Assembly (NCBI GenBank): GCA_018895275.1
Contig: JAHIOQ010000125.1
Coordinates: 1 to 47,884 of the forward strand
Direction: 5' to 3'
DNA length: 47,884 bases
From: Candidatus Omnitrophota bacterium
GTDB lineage: Bacteria > Omnitrophota > Gorgyraeia > B26-G9
Positions 27,533-35,573 of the stretch are shown piece by piece. The notes beneath the pieces were generated by a model that had not been told where the DNA came from, did not search any database, and saw only the letters and a list, made by a program, of their open reading frames with translations. The position numbers and the translations under genes were made by a program. Every line of letters begins with the position of its first letter. Position 1 is the stretch's first letter.

Positions 27533-28591
27533 ATGAATATTACAGTTCTGGGGCTTAACCACCGCACGGCACCGATTACGGTTCGGGAAAAACTTTCTTT
27601 TCCGAAGGCGTTTTTATGTTCGGCCCTGTCTTTTTTAATGAAAAGCGGCTTGGTTAAGGAGGCGGTGATTGTTTCTACCTGTAACCGGGTTGAGATTTAT
27701 GCCGTCTCTCAGGAAGCCGCAGCCTCCAGAGCGGAGCTTATTAATTTTTTGAGTGAATTTCATGAAACGCCTTCTGATAAATTTCAAGATTATTTGTACA
27801 GCTTAAGCGGATATGAAGCCCTGAAACATTTATTCCGTGTAAGCAGTTCGCTTGATTCCCAGGTAATCGGAGAATCCCAGATACTCGGGCAGATTAAAGA
27901 TGCTTATTTTCAGGCAAAAGAGGCGGGCAGCGTCTCCCGCGTTTTTTCTTTTATTTTTGAAGAAGCGATAAAGACCGGAAAACGCGTGCGTTCCCATACG
28001 CAGATCGGCTGCGGCGCAGTTTCTATTAGTTCAGCTGCCGTGGAAATGGCCCGAAAGATATTCGGAGACTTAAGGGGCAAGCGCATACTTGTTATCGGCG
28101 CGGGGAAAATCGGAGAGCTTTCCTTAAAGCAGCTTTATGATAAAGGCGCGGATATGGTTTTTGTTGCGAACCGGACGTTTTTGAAGGCGCAAAAACTTGC
28201 GGAAAAATTCAAGGGGACGGCGCTTGACTTTGAGAGGTTTCCCGCGGCGCTCGGCGAGGCGGATATTGTCATCAGTTCGGCGGAAGCGCCGCATTTTTTG
28301 GTGACGAAAAAGATGGTACAGGAATGCGCCGGCCGCAGAAAACAGCAGCAGCTTTTTTTGATCGATTTGGGGCTTCCCCGCACTATCGACCCGGAAGTGA
28401 ACAGTATCGATAATGTGTATGTGTACAACCTCGATGATCTCAAAAACGTTAAAGATGCGAATTTTAGAGAACGCCTGAAAGAAGTGCAAAAAATAGAAAA
28501 GATAATCGACGAAAAATTGTTAAATATGGAGCAACGTTTGAACGCGTTGTTTAATGATGCGTGTCATGAAAAAGAACATTGTTATCGGTAG
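27533..28591 (+). CDS. hemA: Glutamyl-tRNA reductase (short C-terminus)
   Basis: GLNHRTAP..VRE, STCNRVE, LDSQVIGESQILGQ and GAGKIG. Confidence 0.96.
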   Translation: MNITVLGLNHRTAPITVREKLSFPKAFLCSALSFLMKSGLVKEAVIVSTCNRVEIYAVSQEAAASRAELINFLSEFHETPSDKFQDYLYSLSGYEALKHLFRVSSSLDSQVIGESQILGQIKDAYFQAKEAGSVSRVFSFIFEEAIKTGKRVRSHTQIGCGAVSISSAAVEMARKIFGDLRGKRILVIGAGKIGELSLKQLYDKGADMVFVANRTFLKAQKLAEKFKGTALDFERFPAALGEADIVISSAEAPHFLVTKKMVQECAGRRKQQQLFLIDLGLPRTIDPEVNSIDNVYVYNLDDLKNVKDANFRERLKEVQKIEKIIDEKLLNMEQRLNALFNDACHEKEHCYR

Positions 28592-29480
28592 CCGTAAAAG
28601 CCCGCTGGCGCGGGCGCAGGCGCGCTTTGTCGCGGCAGGCTTAAGGAAGATATTCCCGGAGTGTGCGGTTGTTATCCGGGGAATTGTTACATCCGGCGAC
28701 CGGCTGAAAAAATGGCCGCGGGCTGCGGGTAAAGGCTTGTTTGTGAAAGAAATAGAAGAGGCCTTGCTGCAGGGGAAAATTGATATCGCCGTGCACAGTA
28801 TGAAAGATGTCCCGGTTGAAATTCCGGCTCATCTGGAAATCGCCGCGGTGATGAAACGTCTTTGCCCCCTTGATGTATTGGTATGCCGGCAGAAGGGGAC
28901 GCTGGCGACCCTGGGAAAAGGCAGTTGTATAGGCACCTCGAGTCCGCGCCGAAAAGCGCAGCTTCTGGCCTATCGTCCGGATATTAAGGTTGCGGAGATC
29001 CGCGGGAATCTCGATACGAGGCTGCGTAAATTAAAAGAAGGCAGGTATGACGCGATTGTTGTCGCTGCCGCCGGGATGCTACGCATGGGCCGGCAGCGGC
29101 ATATCCGTGAACATATCCCGCAAACAATAATGCTTCCTGCTCCCGGGCAGGGAGCCTTGGGCATTGAGGTCAGGCGCGATGCGCTGTGCATAAAGAAGAT
29201 GGTAAAAAGGCTTAATCACCGGCGTTCGTTTCGTGAAATAACGGCTGAACGCGAATTTTTGCGCGCCATGGGCGGAGGATGCCGTACTCCAATCGGTGCC
29301 ATCGGAAAAATCGATAAAGAACGGTTAATCCTGGAAGGTTTTGTCGCTGTGGAAAAAAAGGGAAGAGTGATTAAAGCACGAGTTTGGGGGCAAAAGCATC
29401 TTCCGGAACATATCGGAAGGAAGTTGGCGAAGAAGATAACTCTGCTTTTGAAAAAATCAGAGCAATGTCAAAAGTTGTAG
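28566..29480 (+). CDS. hemC: Hydroxymethylbilane synthase
   Basis: GSRKSPLA, KGLFVKE, AVHSMKD, GTSSPRR and GGGC. Confidence 0.97.
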   Translation: MKKNIVIGSRKSPLARAQARFVAAGLRKIFPECAVVIRGIVTSGDRLKKWPRAAGKGLFVKEIEEALLQGKIDIAVHSMKDVPVEIPAHLEIAAVMKRLCPLDVLVCRQKGTLATLGKGSCIGTSSPRRKAQLLAYRPDIKVAEIRGNLDTRLRKLKEGRYDAIVVAAAGMLRMGRQRHIREHIPQTIMLPAPGQGALGIEVRRDALCIKKMVKRLNHRRSFREITAEREFLRAMGGGCRTPIGAIGKIDKERLILEGFVAVEKKGRVIKARVWGQKHLPEHIGRKLAKKITLLLKKSEQCQKL

Positions 29481-29606
29481 GAGTTAGAAACTTTATGAGG
29501 TCTACTCGACAAAGTAGCGAGAGAAGAGAGTGATTTTAAAGGATTATTTTAATCATAAAAATAAAAGATTTTTTTGACAATACGAACGATAGATCAGGGG
29601 GATGTT

Positions 29607-31064
29607 ATGGATAAGGAAAAGCGCGCTCCGGCAATTCTCATTATTGATGATGAAGAACTTTTATGTAAGACGTTAACGACGATTATTCGCAATAAGGGGT
29701 TTAGGGTTAAAAGCACGGCATTAGGCAGGGAAGGGCTTTCCTTGCTGGGAGAGGGCTTTGACGTTGTTATTCTGGATATAAAGCTGCCGGATATCAGCGG
29801 TATCGAAGTTTTAAAGACGATAAAAAAAATACATCCGGAGATTTCGGTTATCATGATTACGGCATATACAACCGTTGAAATCACGGTTTCCGTGATTAAT
29901 GAGAAAGCGTTCGCTTTTTTTTCTAAACCGTTTGAAGTCGATGCCTTGCTGAAAGCCATAGACGATGCCCTGACGGAAAAACAGGCTCAGGAGAAAAAAG
30001 AGAGGCAGTTCAAGAATCTGTCTTTGATTTATCGTATCAGCAAAGAAATGGAAGGGATGATTGAGCTGCACAGCATAGCGTTTTTAGCTGCGCAGTATTT
30101 CTGCGAAGTGACAAAACGGGATACCTGTGCGGTTTTGCTGTTTGATGCGGAAGAAAAGGAGTTTTTTTTCGGAGCGCTGCATGGGGTTGATGATGAAAAC
30201 AAGAAAATAAACAAGAAGCGTTTTAAGCTTAACGCCCAGATGTACGAGCGGCTGATAATAAACAAAAATGCGATTTTAATTCCGGAGATGAAATCCTCTC
30301 CGGATATCCTGCAGTATATACCCGTGGAAAAACCCAAGGCCTTGTTTATTTTTCCCTTGGTTACCGATGAACGGGTGGTTGGCCTGGCGGTTTTTCCCGG
30401 CCGCGAGAAGTTTATCCTGACGGATGAGGAGCTGGAAACAATTACGGCGATGAGTTTCGAAGTGGCGCTGTATCTGGATAACGCGAACCGCTATCTTCAT
30501 CTTAAGAAAAGTTATCTTGATACGGTAAGCAGATTGGTTAATGCCATAGAAAACAAGAATGCCGCCGGCAAAGGTGATTCGGAAGAAGTCTCGGAATTGG
30601 CCGTAGCCGTGGCGGAAAAATTAAACCTTCCGGAAAAAATGGTGGAGATGGTTAAATTTGCCGGTTTGCTGCATGATGTCGGGAAAATCGCCATCAGCGA
30701 GCAGATACTGCTGAAAAAAGAACAGCTTACCTACGACGAACATGAAAAATTGAAGATGCACAGTATTATTGCCACGAGGATTATCAGCCATATGGATATC
30801 GATCAGCAGCTGGTTTCCATGATTCTTTATCATCATGAACGCTATGACGGCAGCGGTTATCCGGAAGGGTTGCTCGGAGAAAGGATCCCTGTCGGAGCGC
30901 GGATAATCGCGGTTTGCGATGCGTATAAAGCGATGATATCGGAACGTCCGTATCGGAAAAAGCTTGATAAAAAAGAGGCGCTTAAGGAATTGATCCGCTG
31001 TAGCGGCAGTCAGTTCGATCCGGTTATTATTAAGGTGTTTTTTGAGCTTTTGCCGGAAGAATAA
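29607..31064 (+). CDS. Response regulator with REC-GAF-HD-GYP domains (putative cyclic dinucleotide phosphodiesterase)
   Basis: IIDDE/LDIKLP/TAY/KPF receiver motifs; LHDVGK and HHERYDGSGYP. Confidence 0.93.
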   Translation: MDKEKRAPAILIIDDEELLCKTLTTIIRNKGFRVKSTALGREGLSLLGEGFDVVILDIKLPDISGIEVLKTIKKIHPEISVIMITAYTTVEITVSVINEKAFAFFSKPFEVDALLKAIDDALTEKQAQEKKERQFKNLSLIYRISKEMEGMIELHSIAFLAAQYFCEVTKRDTCAVLLFDAEEKEFFFGALHGVDDENKKINKKRFKLNAQMYERLIINKNAILIPEMKSSPDILQYIPVEKPKALFIFPLVTDERVVGLAVFPGREKFILTDEELETITAMSFEVALYLDNANRYLHLKKSYLDTVSRLVNAIENKNAAGKGDSEEVSELAVAVAEKLNLPEKMVEMVKFAGLLHDVGKIAISEQILLKKEQLTYDEHEKLKMHSIIATRIISHMDIDQQLVSMILYHHERYDGSGYPEGLLGERIPVGARIIAVCDAYKAMISERPYRKKLDKKEALKELIRCSGSQFDPVIIKVFFELLPEE

Positions 31065-31084
31065 ATAGGGAATGATAATTCAAA

Positions 31085-32614
31085 TTGATTAAAAAGCAAA
31101 AAGGAAAAGTCGTTTTAATCGGGGCCGGCCCCGGCAATGAACAGTTGATAACCGCCGCGGGGCTGGGGATTATCCGTGCTGCGGATGTTATTGTTTATGA
31201 TAATTTAGCCGGAACGTCGGTGCTTGAACGCAGAAAACTATCGGCAAAGCTTATCTTTGCCGGAAAGATCCCCGGCGAAAAGGCCATGCCGCAGCAACAG
31301 ATCAATGCGCTGCTTATACGCTGCGCTCGCCGCGGCGCGCTTGTTGCCCGCTTGAAAGGCGGGGACCCGTTTCTATTCGGCCGTGGCGCGGAAGAAGCGC
31401 TGGCCTTGCAAAAGGCCAGGATTGATTTTGCGGTCATTCCGGGTATCAGCGCCGCGTTTGCCGCGGCTGCCTATGCCGGCATACCGCTTACACATCGCGG
31501 TATATCTTCTCAGGTTACCTTTATTACCGGGCATGAGGACCCGCAGAAAAAAAAATCCGATATCGATTGGCAGGCAACGGCTCGTTTGAAGGGCACGCTG
31601 GTTATTTATATGGGTATGGCGAATCTGCACAAGATCACGCAGCGGCTTATATCATACGGTATGCGTAGAAATACGCCGGCATGTATAATCCAATGGGCGT
31701 CACTGCCGTATCAGAAAATCGCGGTTGCTGCGCTGGAAAATATCGCGCGGCAGGCAAAGTCGCGGGCAGTTACGCATCCGGCCGTGGTTATTATCGGCGA
31801 TGTCGTTGCCTTGCATGAACGTATCCGCCGGTGCGCGGAAAAACCGCTTTTCGCTAAAAAGGTGCTGATTACCAGGCCGCTGGCATTAGCCGGGGAATTC
31901 CGGGAAAAGCTGGAAGCCGAGGGCGCGCAGGCGGTAGTTTATCCTTTAATTGAAACCGTAGCGGAAGAAAAAATCAGCGGCGGCGTTGTTTTAAAAAAAA
32001 TTAAAACATGCGACTGGGTTATCTTTACCAGCCGGAACGCCGTGGAAATATGCTTTGAGGTTTTAGCCAAAAAAAATAAAGACGCGCGGTTTTTCGGCGC
32101 GATTAAAGTTGCTGCCCTGGGAGAAGAGACGAAGAAGGCACTTTTTGCTAAAGGCATTAACGCGGACCTTGTGCCGGAGCAATTCTATATGGAGAGCCTG
32201 ATTGAAGAATTCGCCAAGGTGGATATTCGCGGCAAGCGCATCTTTATCCCGCATTCCCGGCAGGCGCGTCCGCTTCTTTGCGCGGAGCTTACCCGTTTGG
32301 GTGCAGTGGCGGAAGAATTGTTTATTTATAAAGTAAAACGCCCTGCGCAGGCAAAAAAATCCGTATTGCGCCGGATTCTTGCTGAGCAAAAAATGGATGT
32401 CGTCACATTTACAAGCTCCAGCTGTGTGCATCAATTCATGAAATTGATGGGTAAGGAAAAGGGGCTTCTGGCGCGGCAGGTATTTGCCGTGATCGGGCCG
32501 GTAACGGCAAATACACTCCGGGATTACGGGTATAAGGGGCATATTATGGCGGATGTGTATACGGTTGAAGGCTTGGTACGGGCAATCAAGGAATATTATT
32601 CGAAGGAAAAATAA
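31085..32614 (+). CDS. cobA: Uroporphyrinogen-III C-methyltransferase/synthase fusion (CobA-HemD)
   Basis: GAGPG and RLKGGDPFLFGRG.EE; C-terminal HemD motifs ITRP, FTS and IGPVTA. Confidence 0.95.
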   Translation: MIKKQKGKVVLIGAGPGNEQLITAAGLGIIRAADVIVYDNLAGTSVLERRKLSAKLIFAGKIPGEKAMPQQQINALLIRCARRGALVARLKGGDPFLFGRGAEEALALQKARIDFAVIPGISAAFAAAAYAGIPLTHRGISSQVTFITGHEDPQKKKSDIDWQATARLKGTLVIYMGMANLHKITQRLISYGMRRNTPACIIQWASLPYQKIAVAALENIARQAKSRAVTHPAVVIIGDVVALHERIRRCAEKPLFAKKVLITRPLALAGEFREKLEAEGAQAVVYPLIETVAEEKISGGVVLKKIKTCDWVIFTSRNAVEICFEVLAKKNKDARFFGAIKVAALGEETKKALFAKGINADLVPEQFYMESLIEEFAKVDIRGKRIFIPHSRQARPLLCAELTRLGAVAEELFIYKVKRPAQAKKSVLRRILAEQKMDVVTFTSSSCVHQFMKLMGKEKGLLARQVFAVIGPVTANTLRDYGYKGHIMADVYTVEGLVRAIKEYYSKEK

Positions 32615-32615
32615 G

Positions 32616-33785
32616 ATGATAAATTTTACTAAATTGCTGGGAGGAACTCCCGGTGTATCGGAGATGCTCAAGGCCGTAAGCCGGAAAAAACATTCCGCGC
32701 TATATGTAGCTTGCAATGCATCGCGGCCGTTGGTGGTTTTTAATGTTACAAGGTACTGTAATCTTGAATGCCGGCATTGCTATTTAAAGTCGCGGGATAA
32801 GCTGATTAAGGGAGAGCTTTCGCTCGCGCAGATAAAAAAGGTTTTGGATTCTTTAGGAGAGATGGAAATCCCCGTGCTTCTGCTTTCCGGCGGCGAACCT
32901 TTAGCGCATAAGGATATTTTTACGATTATTGAATACGCTAAAAGTAAAAATATCCGGGTCGGGTTGTCCACGAACGGAACGCTGATTACAAAGCCGGCTG
33001 CCTGCCGCTTAAACGCGTTGGGTGTTGATTACGTGGGGGTGAGTATAGACGGCAAACGGCAGCGGCATGATTACTTTCGCCGGATGAAAGGCGCCTATGA
33101 GCGCTCGATAAGAGGTATTCGAAACGCGCAGGATGCGGGGTTAAAGGCCGGAGTGCGTTTTACGATTACAAAATTAAATGCCGCGGACCTGCCCGCGGTA
33201 ATTGATATGTGCCTTAAGGAAAATATCCCGCGGTTCTGTATGTACCACCTCGTTTATGCCGGAAGAGGCACCGCGCTTGCCGCAGAAGATATCGATAACG
33301 CACAGCGCCGGCAGGTGGTTGATTTTTTGATAAGGCGTACGCAGGAGTGCAATGCGCAGGGAAAAAATATTGAGATACTGAGCGTGGATAATCATGCGGA
33401 CGGTATTTATATTTATCTTTATTTAAAGCAGAAAAACCCGGCTAAGGCAAAAGAGGTACTGCGGCTTTTAAAATTTCACGGTGGTTGTTCTGCCGCTAGT
33501 AAGGTTGTCGATGTAAGCCCGGACGGAAATGTTTTCCCTTGCCAGTTCTGGCACGAGGATATGCTGGGCAGCGTAAAAGAAGAAGATTTTTACCGTATAT
33601 GGCTTAACCGGAGCAATCGGAAACTGCAAAAACTGCGGCATAAGGCGCAGTATCTTAAAGGGAAATGCAGCCGCTGCCGATATCAGGCTTACTGCGGCGG
33701 CTGCCGGGTGCGCGCGTTTACGGTTTACGGCGATTTTTGGCAGGAAGATCCTTGTTGTTATCTGGAAGAAAAAGAAATAGGCTGA
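32616..33785 (+). CDS. ahbC: Radical SAM/SPASM protein, AhbC/NirJ1-like
   Basis: RPLVVFNVTRYCNLECRHCY, YHLVYAGRG, VDNHADG and SPASM cysteines; heme-cluster context. Confidence 0.8.
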   Translation: MINFTKLLGGTPGVSEMLKAVSRKKHSALYVACNASRPLVVFNVTRYCNLECRHCYLKSRDKLIKGELSLAQIKKVLDSLGEMEIPVLLLSGGEPLAHKDIFTIIEYAKSKNIRVGLSTNGTLITKPAACRLNALGVDYVGVSIDGKRQRHDYFRRMKGAYERSIRGIRNAQDAGLKAGVRFTITKLNAADLPAVIDMCLKENIPRFCMYHLVYAGRGTALAAEDIDNAQRRQVVDFLIRRTQECNAQGKNIEILSVDNHADGIYIYLYLKQKNPAKAKEVLRLLKFHGGCSAASKVVDVSPDGNVFPCQFWHEDMLGSVKEEDFYRIWLNRSNRKLQKLRHKAQYLKGKCSRCRYQAYCGGCRVRAFTVYGDFWQEDPCCYLEEKEIG

Positions 33786-33882
33786 AACCGGCTTGCCGGC
33801 AGTGATATAATGTATAATAGTGTCAAAAGTTTTATAAAAAATTGAAAAAGGACGGGGTAGTTTTAAAGGATTCGGAGGGGAT

Positions 33883-34020
33883 AAATTCAAAAATCAAAAA
33901 TTAAAAATCAAAATGACAAATCAAAATTCAAAATTAAAAAAATTGTTTAAAAAAGAATATTATAATGCTTAAAATTTTACATTGTTATTTTGATATTTGC
34001 ATTTTAATTTTTGATATTTT
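33883..34020. repeat. Two degenerate heptamer arrays in inverted orientation around a short spacer
   Basis: Left arm AAATTCAAAAATCAAAAATTAAAAATCAAAATGACAAATCAAAATTC; right arm ATTTTACATTGTTATTTTGATATTTGCATTTTAATTTTTGATATTT is an imperfect reverse complement. Confidence 0.8.
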
Positions 34021-34110
34021 AAGCTGGTTAATACGTAAAAATAAGCGATGATTATCGGAGTTTTTGGTTAAGCTTTTGACAGAACGTAATATGTTACGGG
34101 GAGGGACATT

Positions 34111-34800
34111 ATGCGCCAGATTGCGGTATTGGGATTAGGGAGCTTTGGTTCGACCGTGGCAAAGACATTGACGGACCAGGGCGTAGAGGTGTTGGCAGTT
34201 GATGCCGATAAGGAGAAAGTCGAAGATATCAAGGATTATGTGGCGGTTGCCGTTTCCCTGGACACAACGGATGAAAAAGCGCTGCGTTCAATAGGTATTG
34301 AACAGGTGGATGCGGCAATTGTCTGTATCGGAGAAAATGTCGAGGCCAACCTGCTTACGATTACTCTGCTCAAAAAAATGGGTATAAAGAATATTTACGG
34401 ACGGTCTGTAAATCCGCTTCAGGAAGAGATTCTTAAGTCATTGGAGATTACGAAGATTATTAATCTGGAGCGGGAGATGGGAGAGTCGGTGGGTAAAAGT
34501 TTGACAAACCCGAATATCCAGGTATGCATGAAACTCTCCAGCGGGCATACGATGGCCGAGATAAAAATACCGAAAGAATTTTGCGGCCGCACGCTTAAGG
34601 AACTTAATCTCCGTAAGCGCTATGATGTCAATATTGTGGCGATTAAGAAACAGACCCCTTCCATCAATGAACGCGGCCAGCGGATTTTGATTGAGCAAAT
34701 TAATGATTTACCGCAGGCGGAAGATGTCCTGGAAGAAAGCGATGCGTTGATTGTTGTCGGCAAGCAGGAAAGCATCGCCTTGCTTTCCCAACATAAATGA
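34111..34800 (+). CDS. trkA: TrkA/KtrA potassium uptake RCK protein
   Basis: VLGLGSFG Rossmann motif plus TrkA_C (G.TL.ELNLR..Y.VNIVAIK). Confidence 0.92.
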   Translation: MRQIAVLGLGSFGSTVAKTLTDQGVEVLAVDADKEKVEDIKDYVAVAVSLDTTDEKALRSIGIEQVDAAIVCIGENVEANLLTITLLKKMGIKNIYGRSVNPLQEEILKSLEITKIINLEREMGESVGKSLTNPNIQVCMKLSSGHTMAEIKIPKEFCGRTLKELNLRKRYDVNIVAIKKQTPSINERGQRILIEQINDLPQAEDVLEESDALIVVGKQESIALLSQHK

Positions 34801-34810
34801 GGGTGAGGTT

Positions 34811-35485
34811 ATGAAACGTAAGATAAATATATTATTTGCGGTTATTATCGCGGTTTTTCTCATATTATGGTACCTGGGAAGTCTGACGATGTCTTCGGCC
34901 TATAAAGACGCGGTTGTTTTACTCGCCGGCTGCGGGATAGTATGCGTGCTTTATATCCTGAACCGGCTGATTATATTCAGAAAAAAATTTGAGCTTGCCA
35001 TGCGGCATATCCTGGAAAATAATTTTCAAACCGGTATTTCCCTGCCCGGCAATGATGAGTTTTCTTTTCTCGCGCAAAAATTTAATGATGTCGTGGACAG
35101 GATTAATAAATACGACCGTCTGCGTGAGGATAGGGTTGATATCCTGAATAAGCAGTTATCGATTTTAAACCGTAATATCATAAACGGGGTTATGCTGCTC
35201 GACCAGCAGTCCGGCCGTGTCAAAATCAACAAAGCGGCGCAGGAGGTCTTTGAGGTTAACCAGGATGAGTTAAGCATTGATTCGGTTATTAAGCTGGAGG
35301 CAAACAGCGAGTTTAATAAATTGTATTATGAAATCGTTAACCGGAGGGCAAATACCATTGCCGCCGATATAGAGCTGTTTTTGCCCGTGTTGCGCGCGAA
35401 GGCGGCGGTGAGCCTGAAAATGTTCGCGATTAAAGATAAGGATGAAAAGCTCAACTCGATTCTGTGTGTTTTTACCAAGGCATGA
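34811..35485 (+). CDS. Membrane protein with HAMP-like and PAS-like regions, no output domain
   Basis: Two TM helices; NDEF..LA..FN HAMP motif; GVMLLD..G.V.INKAA..VF PAS-like motif. Confidence 0.7.
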   Translation: MKRKINILFAVIIAVFLILWYLGSLTMSSAYKDAVVLLAGCGIVCVLYILNRLIIFRKKFELAMRHILENNFQTGISLPGNDEFSFLAQKFNDVVDRINKYDRLREDRVDILNKQLSILNRNIINGVMLLDQQSGRVKINKAAQEVFEVNQDELSIDSVIKLEANSEFNKLYYEIVNRRANTIAADIELFLPVLRAKAAVSLKMFAIKDKDEKLNSILCVFTKA

Positions 35486-35573
35486 AAATTGAATATTGAA
35501 AATAGAGTGGTGGATAATATTGATTCTCTTATCGTTATAAAAAATAACCTATGGAAATTTATTTTACTCTTGG

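Noticed and set aside
28480-28591. hemA as a pseudogene because the dimerisation tail is short
   Set aside because: Catalytic and NADPH-binding motifs are intact, the frame is open and overlaps the hemC start, and short HemA forms are plausible.
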